IMG/VR virus record: IMGVR_UViG_3300027794_000004
Length of the DNA: 64,000 nucleotides
Reading direction: 5' to 3' (one strand)
Source: a virus
In this document: positions 1-11,176 of the stretch, piece after piece
Position numbering within the stretch: position 1 is the stretch's first letter
How the letters are laid out: every line of letters starts with the position of its first letter
Notes under the pieces: model-generated
Database searches by the model: none
Seen by the model: only the letters and a program-made list of their open reading frames with translations
What the model was told of the DNA's origin: nothing
Translations under genes and position numbers: made by a program

Positions 1-1357
1 CACCTTTGAAGTCTAAAAGCCTTTCGTTTGTATCTTTTGTTGAAACTTTTCTGTACTCGTAATCACTAGGACTTAAAGTTGCATAAAAATCATTGTAATC
101 CAAAGTTTTCCCCTCTTTTTTAGCTTTTTCTTTAGCTTGTTTCTCTTTAGCTAATCCTGTAGCGTTTAATTTAAAATCATCTTTACTTGAAGATTCAAAT
201 CCAACTTCTTCTACCCAAAGTTTAACTTTATTATCATAAGGACTTGCGTAAATACCTCTAATAACTTTTCTTTTTCCTCCTCCGTAATCAATACTTGTAT
301 TTCCTAAACTATAACCAATATAACCTCTTCCTAATCTAGTATTAGCTTTTGTTCCTGTCTTGGTAACATAAATTGGGTCGTCACCAAAAACAATAGGTTT
401 TTTATTTTCTTTTTCTGAGCCTTTACTTGGTTTATTTGCTGAAATTAAAGCAGAATCAACATCTTGTTTAGTGGTAACATCTAATGAGTTTTTGAAATCT
501 TTTTTAACTGCTTCTTTTAATGCTTCTTTGTTATTTAAGTCAATACCTTTAGCTTTAGCAAAAGCATAGGCTTCATCAGGATTATTTACAATCATTTCAG
601 CAAAACTTTCAGCTTTTTCATTAGCAATTTCATCCTTAACTTTTTTCTCTTGAAAAATATTAACTCCTGTTTGAGTAGTAATATCAGAAACTGCTGTATT
701 TTTAACTGCTTTTTCAAGCATATCAGAATAATTACTCTTCATGTGCGGGTTAATGCTATTGACGAACTCAGCAACAGTTTGTTCTTTTTCAAGAATATCT
801 GTAACCTTGCCATTATCGTCAACTTTATAAATATTTATTCTTGGTACTTTGTTTTCATCAAGATAAACTTTAGCATTACCTTTTTCAAGCATACCAAGTT
901 TTTCTTGAATAATATTAACATCATCAGGATTAAGTTTGTCAACATTTTTAGAAATAAAGTCTACTTTTTCTTTTAAAATACCAGGAATTTGTTTTAATGC
1001 ACTAATATTTTGATTAATCCTTGATTGTTCAGTTCTTAATTTTAACCTTTCGTTTGGGTCCGTAGTTGTTTGTAGCTGTCTTGCTAATTCAGCGTACTTT
1101 ACAAAAGATTCTTGAGCAAAAGATTGACTCAAATCATCAATAGACTGACTACCTGTTAAATCAATATTAAAATTCTTTAAATGCTCTGCTAATTGTTTTT
1201 CTTCTTCAACTTTTGCTGCATCTTTTTTTTCTTCCGCTAATCTACGTTCAGCTATGTATCGAAAACCTTGATTCTCGACATTTTGTAACGCGCCTGAGAT
1301 GTAATCTTGTGGTGCTTCTGTTGTGGCAAAACTTCCAATACGACCTATTGCTGACAT
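1..1357 (-). CDS. Virion internal/ejection protein, runs off the left edge (not in ORF track)
   Basis: ATG at 1357 (MSAIGRIGSFATTEAPQDYISGALQNVENQGFRY...); frame still open at the window edge; follows the pilot-like gene in the virion operon. Confidence 0.6.
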   Translation of the reverse strand, partial: MSAIGRIGSFATTEAPQDYISGALQNVENQGFRYIAERRLAEEKKDAAKVEEEKQLAEHLKNFNIDLTGSQSIDDLSQSFAQESFVKYAELARQLQTTTDPNERLKLRTEQSRINQNISALKQIPGILKEKVDFISKNVDKLNPDDVNIIQEKLGMLEKGNAKVYLDENKVPRINIYKVDDNGKVTDILEKEQTVAEFVNSINPHMKSNYSDMLEKAVKNTAVSDITTQTGVNIFQEKKVKDEIANEKAESFAEMIVNNPDEAYAFAKAKGIDLNNKEALKEAVKKDFKNSLDVTTKQDVDSALISANKPSKGSEKENKKPIVFGDDPIYVTKTGTKANTRLGRGYIGYSLGNTSIDYGGGKRKVIRGIYASPYDNKVKLWVEEVGFESSSKDDFKLNATGLAKEKQAKEKAKKEGKTLDYNDFYATLSPSDYEYRKVSTKDTNERLLDFKG

Positions 1358-1358
1358 A

Positions 1359-2108
1359 TTACTGAATGTTTAAAGTTCCATCGTAATTCTCCGTATAACC
1401 CAATCCGAATTTTTTTCTTCTTGGCAATGCAGTATTACTTGTGTTAGTATTTATTTTGTTTCCGAAATCATCAATAGGTTGGTTTGTAGCACCTAAACCG
1501 CTTCCACCTGTTTTTGTCATTTGACCTGTACTTAATTCGTTGTTTGGGGTTGATGAAACACTTAAATTTATATTATCTTTTGGAGGTATAGGTGGTTCAT
1601 CTATTTTGCTTTTCCCAAATTGATTGGCAATAGCTCCAGCACCACCTATAACTTGACCAATCCCTTGTTGAAAACCTTCATTTCCTGCATTGTATTGAGA
1701 ACTTAAAGCGTTAATATCACCAATCTCACGATTTTCTTGAATACCTCTAATACGAGCATCATCTTCGGCTTTCATTGCGTCAATTTGTTTTTGTTGCTCA
1801 TCAAGATTTGCTGCAATATCAGCATTAACAGCTTTATTTCCTGCTTCAACTCTTCCTAAACCACCAATAATACCTCTTGTTCCTGCTCCTTGTAAAGCAT
1901 CAATTTGAGTAGCAGACAATCTAGCTTGCTCTTCTCTTTGCCTATCTGCACCTAAAGTAGATACTTGTAAATCTTCAGCAACATTTTTTAACTCTTGACG
2001 TTTGTAATTGTCAAGTGCGTTTTTTGCATCTTTACGTTGTTTTGCTCCTTGAATCATATTGTAAGCTCCACCTACAACCGACATACCTCCTGCTATACCT
2101 GCTCCCAT
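1359..2108 (-). CDS. Putative DNA ejection/pilot protein
   Basis: Gly/Ala-rich N-terminus (MGAGIAGGMSVVGGAY) then Gln-rich coiled coil, typical of podovirus internal proteins; follows tail and acetyltransferase genes. Confidence 0.55.
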   Translation of the reverse strand: MGAGIAGGMSVVGGAYNMIQGAKQRKDAKNALDNYKRQELKNVAEDLQVSTLGADRQREEQARLSATQIDALQGAGTRGIIGGLGRVEAGNKAVNADIAANLDEQQKQIDAMKAEDDARIRGIQENREIGDINALSSQYNAGNEGFQQGIGQVIGGAGAIANQFGKSKIDEPPIPPKDNINLSVSSTPNNELSTGQMTKTGGSGLGATNQPIDDFGNKINTNTSNTALPRRKKFGLGYTENYDGTLNIQ

Positions 2109-2110
2109 AA

Positions 2111-2509
2111 TTATAATCTTTTGAAATATTGTGTGACTTTTAAATCACCTTCTGAAAAATCAGAAGTTGTTAAAACTTTTACAACTGATTCTGTATTTGA
2201 AGTTGTAAAAAGCATCTTTATACCTTTTTTCTTAGCGTAATTTTCAATATGATTTAATAAAAATCTAAGACCTCCATCTCTTTTTTTATATGGAATATTA
2301 TTGTTACTGCAAGGAAACGCTAACCACGCTAATTTTGAATCAGTAAAATAAAACCACATACAATAAACCGGAATATCTTCGTTATAAACAACAAAAACAT
2401 TTTCAGGTAAAAGTATTTCGTTTATAATCGGAAAGTTATGATTAAATAACCATTTTGAGAACGTTTCATAAAATTCCGACTTACTATGTCTTTTAACTAA
2501 AAATGCCAT
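2111..2509 (-). CDS. Putative GNAT-fold acetyltransferase in the virion module
   Basis: 132 aa with KRDGGLRFLLNHIENYAKKKGIKMLFTT resembling GNAT motif A/B; such genes often precede ejection proteins in podoviruses. Confidence 0.45.
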   Translation of the reverse strand: MAFLVKRHSKSEFYETFSKWLFNHNFPIINEILLPENVFVVYNEDIPVYCMWFYFTDSKLAWLAFPCSNNNIPYKKRDGGLRFLLNHIENYAKKKGIKMLFTTSNTESVVKVLTTSDFSEGDLKVTQYFKRL

Positions 2510-2530
2510 GTTTATTTATTTGTAACAAAT

Positions 2531-5500
2531 TTATGAAAAACTTTTAGATACTTCGCTATTAATTGCAAAAATCTCTTGGTATGTATTACTTGAAAATCTG
2601 CAAGTTACTTTCATATAGTACCCTAGTAAATCGTTATTCGCTATACTTTGTGGTTTAGAACAAATAACGAAATCTCCTGAAACAATATTCGCTACTGCAT
2701 TTAGTGTTAAACTATTCGCGGTTTTTGAAACAATAGTTCCGACTAATTCTAAATCTGAATTTCGTACTTGGTCGCCAACTGAAACAATACTATCTAAATC
2801 GAAGTCAAAGTTTAAAGTAAGACCTGAAATAGTGCAATTTCCAATACCTTGACAACTTAATAATGAAGAGTCTATTTCATCGTTTGAGTTTCTGATATAA
2901 GCATAAAAAACACCTTCTTTTTTCTCGAAATCAGCACTATTAATATAGCCTTTGTTTAAATCGGTAATCAATTCTACATCAACAGCGGTACTTCCTTCTA
3001 TTTCAATATTCTTGAAATTCTTTCTTGTACTCGGCTCCTGACTGAAATAAAACGAAAACTCACTTGGACTTTCAACTCCGTAAAAAGTATTTCGAATGTT
3101 TTCTTGGTTGTGCAAGTAAATTTCACCATTTTTGAAAGAAATGAAATGATTATTAATTCTAATCATATCTTCTGGATTAAATTTTAATCTACCTAACCAA
3201 CCATTATCTCTATCGGAATAAACCCAAGTAACATATTCTGTGTCATTATACTGAATGTTTAAGATATAATAATCGTTGTATTGGTCGTATTTTCCGTTTA
3301 TGTGATTAATAGTATTGTTTCTAAATAATTTCTTGAAATAACTTCTCATTAATTGACTTGAAGTTTCAAATAATCCGTTATTGTAGTTCTTTTTAAGCAC
3401 TACACCACGTTTTACATCAGTAAAGAAACTATTGAACCCAAATTTATCAAAACTATCAGGATGTTGAGAAATTCCATATTCACCGCCATCAGTTTTCTGT
3501 TGTCCTAAAACATCCTCTATTCTTGAAAGGTTACTTGTGCCATCAGCATTATAAAGTAAATCTTTTCCATAAAATACCACACTACATTTATCTTCTTGGT
3601 AAACTTCTAAATTAGTTTCTTGTCCTTTTATCTTTATAATAGGACCATATACTTTTTCAATGTCGTCTTTATAATTTGCTAAAGATAAATTAAACTCGTT
3701 TAGTCTATTTACGTTTGAGTTTGCATTAAAAACTCCAGAATATGTTAAATCTGCATATCTGTTTACTTGTCTATAGATGTCTTCTGTTATAGATGTAGGA
3801 TTTGAATTTATATAAAATCTTTTCCCATTAAACGAATCCTTAATAGTATTACTTTCACAACCATTTCCAAAAGTGAAGCAGTTAAATGTTTTATTTAATA
3901 TATGTACATTTGGTGCTAATGCATTTCCAGAAAAATGATTTCCTCCAACAACATTATATGTTTCAACACTTTCAAAATAAGGTGCGTTTAATTGTTCTTC
4001 TTTGTAGTTTTCAAATATTAAAGTTCCAGATGAAAATTGAACATCAAATACCACATTTAAACGAACATTACTTCTTTTTGTACCATCTCTATTAGATGCA
4101 ACATAAAATCTTTTATTTTCATCCCATCCAAAATCCTGAAGTCTATCTTCTGCAAAGTTTAACCAAGCTTGATTATCAGCTATTTCAGCTTCCCACCATT
4201 CTCTAATAGAATCATAATCATCTTCTGCAAATTTTACTATCTCAACTTGTTGGTCAAACGCTCCGTTTTTAAACATATACATCCTAACAAAGAATCTTAT
4301 TTGACTACCATTCTTAACTGGAGTAGGTACAAAAACAGGAACTGTAGAATTATCAAACTCACCAAACAAAGGAGCAGTATAAACTTTATCTCCTCTCATA
4401 TATCTTTGACTTCTAAATCCTTCGTACGTTACAAATGTATCTCCATCTATATTTATATTGAAAGCTCCTTGTTTTATCTTAAAGTAAAAACCACTTGACT
4501 CAAGAATAGGATCTCCTCCAGATGTTTCATTGTCTGGCAAAAAGTCTTTTAGTTGAGTAGCTACCTCCAACACTTTTATTTGTATTGGTATTTCTGTAGG
4601 TCCTGAGTAATCTGATTTTAATTCTAGTACATCACCTTCTTTTATTTTGTTTTTGTTTTCCCCAACTAATTGTATCCATCTATAAATACCATCTTCATAA
4701 ACAACATTTCCATATATTGTGTCATACTCTCTCTTTGTTTCCTTTATAGCAAATTTATAATACTTAGCCCAAGAAGGTGGATTACTAACTGTGGTAACTC
4801 TTAATGAGTTAACTCTCTCGCTTTCTGACGCTGGAATGTAAACAGATGTTTCTCCACCACTTATAACTGTGGTTTTTCTTCCTTTGTCATCTAAATATAT
4901 TATATCGCAAGTGTAGTTTCTATTCGAGTGCATACTTGCAAAAGCATCTTCACTATAAAGACCAAAGTTTAATGATTTTATTAAATAAAAATCATCTTTA
5001 TTTTCTTCCCAAGTACTATCTTCTGTTACAAGATACTGAACATAAATAGATGTTATAGTAAGTATATTTCCAGAATAAGTAGCTTTAAATGGAACAGCGT
5101 TAACAAAATTTCCAGCATTACTAGCCTTTATATTATCCCCAGAATAAAAAGAAGTAGAAAAAACTCCTTCAAAATCAAGAACAAATCCAGAGTTTGTCAT
5201 AAAGTCATTTAAGTCAGTATAAGAATCTGTTAGGTTATAGAAATATGTAAATGCAGGTTGAACTTCATATACCAAAGAAGATTGCAATTCAAAATCAAAA
5301 CGTATTTGTGTTCCAGCTACAAACTCAAAGTTGGTAAAATCAAATGACGCTGAATAATCTATAACTGTATCACCTACTAACGTTGAGTCATATCCTCCAT
5401 CTTTAGGATAGCACAATTGGTCGTATGCATAATATTTATATTTTGATATATATATTTTAGCAAAATATGTACCAAAATAAGCATTATATTCCAAATCTAA

Positions 5501-6949
5501 ATCATAAATCATTCCATCATCAGATACAACATATAACTTTAAATTGTATATTGTTCCTGAAGAAATAGCCATAGTGTATGTTATATTCTCTTCTCCAGAA
5601 AGACCTGTTGTAGAAAACAATGTAGTACTACCATCTTTTACATATACTGAATACGTTGAGCCAAAATAAATACCTTTTGGAGAAACTTTTAATCTTAAAT
5701 CTATATTTGTTGCAGAAGGAAAATCTGTTGTTCTGTCTATAATAATTGTATTAGTTTCGTAATCCATTTCATCTACAGGTGTAGAACCACCTTCTTCCGT
5801 TCCCCATTCAAAGTCAACTACATTTGAATATGTTGTTTCTTTTATAACATCAGATACAGTACCTTCTTTTTCATCTATAACTAATGATGATGATGAATAA
5901 TCTACATTTAATTTCACAGGTTCAGATATATCTCTTCCTTCTGTAATATTACCATAAACTAATCTATTCCCAATTACAGATTGTGCTTTTGCCTTTAACG
6001 GAACGTTATCAAAATTTCTAAAGTATTGTGATTCTTCTAATACACCATATATTTTATTCCCATAGAAGTTGTATGTAATTGATTGATTAGGTATATTCCA
6101 TCCTTCTTCTATCTTTATTAACTTATCTATAATATATACAGTAGAACTTTCACTTTCCTTAAATAATAAATCAATACCTATTACGTTTATATCTCCGCAA
6201 TTAAAACTTATGTTAACTGTATTTGCTAAATTAACCATTCCTAAGTTTTCATAGGTTTGATAATCTAATGCAAATGAAGATGGTAGAAATGCAACTTGAC
6301 TCCAAGAAGATATTGCTGAATAATAACCATCTTCGTACTTATATCTATAAGCAAATTGTAAAAATTTATCTTCTAAAAAATTAGTTCGTTCCGTATTGAT
6401 AGTTGATTGAAGAGTTATTACAGGTGCAAATACAGGAGCAGGCTTCATTACTGAAATTTGGTCTTCTGTGAAACCGCCAATACCCCAAGTTTTAGCTCTA
6501 GCGATATTTACAATTCTAGGTGGATTACTATCTCCTGACCATGCAATCAAATCACCATCTGGTTCGCCTGTTGAAATAATATTTACATTTGTTATTCTTT
6601 CACCATCGATAAAATTCAACACACCTCCGGTAACATCTTGTAAAACTATTTCAGAAGTATTTGTAGTAATATCGTATTCAATAATGTAATCGTGCGTTGT
6701 TCCTTTGATGAAGTTATATACTTTTTCCTTACTTTCATCTTTGCTAGTTCCGATAGTTTTTGCTCCGGCAATATTGTAGTTTGTTTTTTTTACGTTCCCA
6801 GGAACGTTCTTTCCTACACCTCCAGAATTAGAATCAGTTATGTGTACTAAAAAATTTTCGCTATCAACTAAAACTTCAGGTGACGTAAGGCGCTCATCTG
6901 TGTCCTTATCTACAACACCTTTAACAAATATATTCTTGATTTTGGTCAT
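2531..6949 (-). CDS. Large tail stabilisation/muzzle protein (P22 gp10-like, crAss-like)
   Basis: 1472 aa; N-terminal KNIFVKGVVDKDTDERL, FAYRYKYEDG..SAISSWS and FDNVPLKAKAQ..IGNRLVYGN motifs recalled from crAss-like tail proteins; beta-rich. Confidence 0.7.
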   Translation of the reverse strand: MTKIKNIFVKGVVDKDTDERLTSPEVLVDSENFLVHITDSNSGGVGKNVPGNVKKTNYNIAGAKTIGTSKDESKEKVYNFIKGTTHDYIIEYDITTNTSEIVLQDVTGGVLNFIDGERITNVNIISTGEPDGDLIAWSGDSNPPRIVNIARAKTWGIGGFTEDQISVMKPAPVFAPVITLQSTINTERTNFLEDKFLQFAYRYKYEDGYYSAISSWSQVAFLPSSFALDYQTYENLGMVNLANTVNISFNCGDINVIGIDLLFKESESSTVYIIDKLIKIEEGWNIPNQSITYNFYGNKIYGVLEESQYFRNFDNVPLKAKAQSVIGNRLVYGNITEGRDISEPVKLNVDYSSSSLVIDEKEGTVSDVIKETTYSNVVDFEWGTEEGGSTPVDEMDYETNTIIIDRTTDFPSATNIDLRLKVSPKGIYFGSTYSVYVKDGSTTLFSTTGLSGEENITYTMAISSGTIYNLKLYVVSDDGMIYDLDLEYNAYFGTYFAKIYISKYKYYAYDQLCYPKDGGYDSTLVGDTVIDYSASFDFTNFEFVAGTQIRFDFELQSSLVYEVQPAFTYFYNLTDSYTDLNDFMTNSGFVLDFEGVFSTSFYSGDNIKASNAGNFVNAVPFKATYSGNILTITSIYVQYLVTEDSTWEENKDDFYLIKSLNFGLYSEDAFASMHSNRNYTCDIIYLDDKGRKTTVISGGETSVYIPASESERVNSLRVTTVSNPPSWAKYYKFAIKETKREYDTIYGNVVYEDGIYRWIQLVGENKNKIKEGDVLELKSDYSGPTEIPIQIKVLEVATQLKDFLPDNETSGGDPILESSGFYFKIKQGAFNINIDGDTFVTYEGFRSQRYMRGDKVYTAPLFGEFDNSTVPVFVPTPVKNGSQIRFFVRMYMFKNGAFDQQVEIVKFAEDDYDSIREWWEAEIADNQAWLNFAEDRLQDFGWDENKRFYVASNRDGTKRSNVRLNVVFDVQFSSGTLIFENYKEEQLNAPYFESVETYNVVGGNHFSGNALAPNVHILNKTFNCFTFGNGCESNTIKDSFNGKRFYINSNPTSITEDIYRQVNRYADLTYSGVFNANSNVNRLNEFNLSLANYKDDIEKVYGPIIKIKGQETNLEVYQEDKCSVVFYGKDLLYNADGTSNLSRIEDVLGQQKTDGGEYGISQHPDSFDKFGFNSFFTDVKRGVVLKKNYNNGLFETSSQLMRSYFKKLFRNNTINHINGKYDQYNDYYILNIQYNDTEYVTWVYSDRDNGWLGRLKFNPEDMIRINNHFISFKNGEIYLHNQENIRNTFYGVESPSEFSFYFSQEPSTRKNFKNIEIEGSTAVDVELITDLNKGYINSADFEKKEGVFYAYIRNSNDEIDSSLLSCQGIGNCTISGLTLNFDFDLDSIVSVGDQVRNSDLELVGTIVSKTANSLTLNAVANIVSGDFVICSKPQSIANNDLLGYYMKVTCRFSSNTYQEIFAINSEVSKSFS

Positions 6950-6956
6950 ATCTTAC

Positions 6957-7844
6957 TTATTTAAACCATTTTTTAACACCATTGATATTGAAAACTAACT
7001 CATGTAATCTTAAATCCATAAGTTTAATTTTAGCGTTTCTTAATGCGGTATCATAGTCTTTTTTAGCTCTTCTAACAATGTACTCTTGAACATTTATCTT
7101 GTTGCTTAGTAGATTCCAATTAATCCAAGCATATAAAGCCATTTCAGCCATTTTATTTACCTTAATATCGTTTTCTTCTGAATATTCTAATCCATCAGAA
7201 ATATATTCCAACATAATAACTCTTGTCAAATTATCTGAACTGAAATGAATTTTACCTTTTCGTGTATCGATGTTGAAATTTCCGTTGTTGTTTCGAGTAG
7301 TGTCTAAAGAATACATACCTAATCCACAAACTCCTCCCTCATAGTGTCCGCATCCATTACAAGAAGTAGCACAAGGTAAAACATTGATAGAATTTGGTTT
7401 GTTATCTTGCTTTTCTGAAAAAAACGTACTTCCTTCTAAAATATTTCCTTCGTCATCAAATAAAATATTCGCATCGTTATCTTGTAAATAAGCAGTAGCC
7501 AAAGGTAATTTTGTGTTTTTAATCATTGGCATCAAATCTCCTGTTTCTGGATTTACCCAAGAAATTCTAACGTAAGAAACGTAATCAGGAGGTAGAATAA
7601 TATCGAGAGTTTCATTAAGTTCTAATTCAACAGCTTTGACTTCTTTTAAAACATCAAAGTTAAATTGTTGCAAACCTTTTTTAGCCCAATACAAAATTTG
7701 ATGTCTTTTAGTAGGTCCTAAAACTGTTCCATCACCTGTTTGGTTTTGCCAAAAGTTGTTTACAATATCTTCTAAAGAGATATAAACGTAATTACCATGA
7801 TTCTCTTCTGCTTCATAATAAATTTGAGGATTCTGACTGCTCAT
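6957..7844 (-). CDS. Tail ring/adaptor protein
   Basis: Between capsid and large tail gene; ILPPDYVSYVRISW and LEYISDGL motifs as recalled from crAss-like ring proteins. Confidence 0.6.
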   Translation of the reverse strand: MSSQNPQIYYEAEENHGNYVYISLEDIVNNFWQNQTGDGTVLGPTKRHQILYWAKKGLQQFNFDVLKEVKAVELELNETLDIILPPDYVSYVRISWVNPETGDLMPMIKNTKLPLATAYLQDNDANILFDDEGNILEGSTFFSEKQDNKPNSINVLPCATSCNGCGHYEGGVCGLGMYSLDTTRNNNGNFNIDTRKGKIHFSSDNLTRVIMLEYISDGLEYSEENDIKVNKMAEMALYAWINWNLLSNKINVQEYIVRRAKKDYDTALRNAKIKLMDLRLHELVFNINGVKKWFK

Positions 7845-7854
7845 ATCTTATGTT

Positions 7855-8583
7855 TTAGCTCTGTTTTTGAGCGATTTTTACTTCTTCGTTGTTTGTTGCT
7901 GCTTCTACTTGTTCTTCGCGAACTGCTAAACCCGTATATGATAAAACTTTCATTACAAATGGTGCGTATTGACTAATATGTAATTCAATATCTTGTTTAT
8001 CGGTAGCCGAAGCATTATAAACCGGATTACCACTTACATTTACATAAGTCCATTTTGGAGCTTTTGGTGTTCTTAAAAAGAATAGTTCAGGGTAATAATC
8101 ATTATCTAATGTAGGATGAATACGAAAACTTTCACCGATTTTTTCATAAGCAGGATAAGTCAAACTAATCAAATTACCATTTTTAAGCCTATTCAACTCT
8201 GATTTATTTACCTCTTCAATATCTATTTTTTTATCTTGAGCATTTACTAATGAAATGTTTTCTACTCTATACAAATCACTTCCGGTATAACTCCAAACAT
8301 CATTAGCTTCGTCATACACAAAATTTGCTTCAGTAGTATAAGTAGCAAACATATCAATTTGCTCACGAATGTTTTTAGGAATATTTGCGTATTCTGTTTC
8401 TGTCATACGTTTATTCTGTTTAGCAAGCCATTGATTATATTGAAAAAACAAGTTCTCAAACATATCTAATTGTGCTAAATTGCAGTAGGTATTAAACTCT
8501 TCAGGAGAGATATATCCGTAGTTATTTTTGTTCAATAAGAACATAACCACGTTTCTTACATTGTTGATAGGTATCATGTGCAA
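7855..8583 (-). CDS. Head-tail connector/ring protein (P22 gp4-like)
   Basis: LLNKNNYGYISPEEFN..AQLDMFE and RTPKAPKWTY motifs; synteny. Confidence 0.6.
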   Translation of the reverse strand: MHMIPINNVRNVVMFLLNKNNYGYISPEEFNTYCNLAQLDMFENLFFQYNQWLAKQNKRMTETEYANIPKNIREQIDMFATYTTEANFVYDEANDVWSYTGSDLYRVENISLVNAQDKKIDIEEVNKSELNRLKNGNLISLTYPAYEKIGESFRIHPTLDNDYYPELFFLRTPKAPKWTYVNVSGNPVYNASATDKQDIELHISQYAPFVMKVLSYTGLAVREEQVEAATNNEEVKIAQKQS

Positions 8584-8627
8584 TTATTTTAAAACAAAGA
8601 TATGAATTTTTCAAACATAATATAATA

Positions 8628-8656
8628 AAAAAAGCACCTCGTTATGAGATGCTTTA
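8628..8656 (-). terminator. Intrinsic terminator
   Basis: aaagcacctc-gttat-gagatgcttt hairpin with an A-run on + (U-run on -) after the 8674 gene. Confidence 0.6.
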
Positions 8657-8673
8657 TATTGATTTAGAAACTA

Positions 8674-9672
8674 TTAAAACATTTTGTCTTCCAAGTGGTT
8701 TCTCAAGTCATTACCTTCATTTGATAACAAATATCTAGTAATTGCCTTCCATTCGTTGTCGTTTCTTCCTACTTCAAGAATTAACTGACCTCGCTCATCT
8801 GTGAAACGATAATTAGCATAATTTAAGAAACCACGTTTTAATGCGGTTTTAGCTAAACTTTCAATTAATAAATCCTCATTCTCACAAAGATTAATAATGT
8901 CTAATGGTTTTGCCGATGCTTCTACTTTCGCGAACAAATTCATTCTCATTACACCAGAAGTCCAAGTATCAGAATAATCATCACATAAGATTCTAGCTAC
9001 TGCTGTTTGTTTAGCAATATCCAAACTTCTTACCAATGATTGTGCTTTGAAACGTAAATCCATGATTTCAATTTCTTTTGCTGCTTCTTTTTGCTCGTCA
9101 ATCTCTCTGAACACAACTCCATTATCAGGGTGAATAGCTAAGAATTGTTGCAACATTACATCACTTGCAGGAACGAATAACTTTCCATCTTTAAAGTTAA
9201 TGTATCTAATTCTGCAACTTCCTTTTTCTTTTGGCTGATTTTCCTCAAAAAACGATGGTTGATTAGAAGTTAATCTTAAAGAAAATGGTTGCTTCGTATC
9301 GGGGTGAATATATTGCAAACGTGAAGTTGAATTACTTCTGTTTCTAACTCCGTAAGAATGAGCTTTTGTCCCTGAAATAATCTCGTATCTTCTTGACTTG
9401 TACTCAAAGTTGTCTAACTCTGGAATGTTGTCTGTATTTACGATTTTTTTGATCGGTTCTTTTTCTTTTTTGGATTCTACTGCTGTTTTTGGTTCTTCAA
9501 CAATAGGTTGTGCTTTTCTAACTTCTGCTTGAATTAATGCTTTCAATTCTTCAGGAGTTAATGTAATAGTAGCTTTTTGAGTTTCTACTTTTTCTTGTAT
9601 TGCATTTTCAGATGCAATATCTTCTGTCTTCACCTCTTCTTTTGCAGGTGGGTCTTTCTTAATTAAAGCCAT
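8674..9672 (-). CDS. Conserved virion/assembly protein downstream of the capsid gene
   Basis: 332 aa; IRYINFKDGKLFVP...LQQFLAIHP; synteny after capsid gene. Confidence 0.5.
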   Translation of the reverse strand: MALIKKDPPAKEEVKTEDIASENAIQEKVETQKATITLTPEELKALIQAEVRKAQPIVEEPKTAVESKKEKEPIKKIVNTDNIPELDNFEYKSRRYEIISGTKAHSYGVRNRSNSTSRLQYIHPDTKQPFSLRLTSNQPSFFEENQPKEKGSCRIRYINFKDGKLFVPASDVMLQQFLAIHPDNGVVFREIDEQKEAAKEIEIMDLRFKAQSLVRSLDIAKQTAVARILCDDYSDTWTSGVMRMNLFAKVEASAKPLDIINLCENEDLLIESLAKTALKRGFLNYANYRFTDERGQLILEVGRNDNEWKAITRYLLSNEGNDLRNHLEDKMF

Positions 9673-9737
9673 GTTTGTAAATTTAATTGATTAAAGAACA
9701 AAGATATAAAAAAAATCTATTGTTTGTTTTAAAGCAT

Positions 9738-9766
9738 AAAAAAACCACCCATAAAGAGTGGTTTTA
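9738..9766 (-). terminator. Intrinsic terminator after the capsid gene
   Basis: aaaaccac-ccataaaga-gtggtttt hairpin with A-run. Confidence 0.6.
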
Positions 9767-9784
9767 ATTTTTTTATAAAAGTTA

Positions 9785-11119
9785 TTAGCCTTTAAAAATC
9801 GTGAAATTATTTCTTCCACAAGCTTGTAACATTCTTTCTGTTAACCAGTCTGTTACAACTCTATCTTGACCTCCAGTAGTTCCTTGTTCAAAACTTCTTA
9901 CAGCCATTTTCATCTTACGGTTTTCTTTTCCATAAGCTCTATAACGAACTTGTAACATAGGTTCAGTAGTAGTACCACCATTAACTTGGTCACGTAAAGT
10001 TTTAGAACCAGAAGGAATCATAACAGCGTGAATTTTAGAAGCACCTACCATAGAACCTTCACTTGTTGGCTCAGTTAAATATCTCCATCTTGATTTAGAG
10101 AACTCATAACCTGAACGTTGGAGTCCTTTAAATTCTAAGTTTAAAGCCATTTTCTCGTTGTTATCAAAAGCACCCCAAGATAAACCTGTTACGTTTTCTG
10201 CTTGTAAGAAATCATCGATTGCTGCATTGAAAGAAGTAGTTCCATATAAATAGTTATTAGAAATACCGCCTTCAGCATCCATTCTTTCGCATAATTCGTC
10301 AACATCGTTTAAGTCAGAAATTTGACCTGCAAATACGTTTCCTTGTTCAGCGATTTCAAATAAACCTTCAGTACCTTCGTTTCCTGCTGCTAATAAATCA
10401 CCAGCCCATCTACGACCTCTAATTAATTTAGATTCCATAGCGTTTAAGAAACGTTTTTCAGTATCAGCAAAGTTTCTGAAATACCATACATATCCTGTTT
10501 GACCTGCTTCGTTACTAACTTCTAACCAAGTAATTTGAGCTAAGTTTGAACCTGATTCTTTAACCATTTCTTTGATGATTACAGGAGATTGCTCAAATGA
10601 TTCGAATTTAGAATCTAAAGACTCTGTAAATCCATTAGTATCTTTCCCAAATTCATTAGAATCAACGAATACTACGATGTCAGCAGTACCGATTGCAGTC
10701 CAACCTGCAGCATCACCACATAAAGCAGTAAAAGTTGTATCAGTAACAGCAGTAATTTTACCTTGTCTTACAGCAGAACCATCTAAGTTACGAACTACGA
10801 TAGTTTCGTTAACACGATAGTTGTGGTTTTCAGTAGTTGTAAACACGTTAGAAGCACGAGTAACACCTTCGCTTAATTGACGTAAACGAGCTTCTTCTTT
10901 CCAAAGCAATTTGTCAGATGCGAAAGATTTCTCTTTTCCTAACAATTTTAACATTCCAGTAACGTCTTGAGAACCGAATCTGCTGTAGATTTTTTTCTCT
11001 GTTTCTGGTAAATACTGATTTGCGAAATCAAAATCATCACTACCTAAGTAGTTTTGTCCTGTTGGGACTTTGCTTGCTGAGGGAGTTAAAATAATCCCTG
11101 GATCGTTTAATAAACTCAT
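9785..11119 (-). CDS. Major capsid protein
   Basis: 444 aa after scaffold and portal; own terminator; C-terminal WLTERMLQACGRNNF resembles crAss-like HK97-fold capsid proteins. Confidence 0.8.
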   Translation of the reverse strand: MSLLNDPGIILTPSASKVPTGQNYLGSDDFDFANQYLPETEKKIYSRFGSQDVTGMLKLLGKEKSFASDKLLWKEEARLRQLSEGVTRASNVFTTTENHNYRVNETIVVRNLDGSAVRQGKITAVTDTTFTALCGDAAGWTAIGTADIVVFVDSNEFGKDTNGFTESLDSKFESFEQSPVIIKEMVKESGSNLAQITWLEVSNEAGQTGYVWYFRNFADTEKRFLNAMESKLIRGRRWAGDLLAAGNEGTEGLFEIAEQGNVFAGQISDLNDVDELCERMDAEGGISNNYLYGTTSFNAAIDDFLQAENVTGLSWGAFDNNEKMALNLEFKGLQRSGYEFSKSRWRYLTEPTSEGSMVGASKIHAVMIPSGSKTLRDQVNGGTTTEPMLQVRYRAYGKENRKMKMAVRSFEQGTTGGQDRVVTDWLTERMLQACGRNNFTIFKG

Positions 11120-11176
11120 TGTTTTTCTTTTTTTTTGTTGTGTTTTAGTTTTTATACTCTAATTTACAACAAGAAC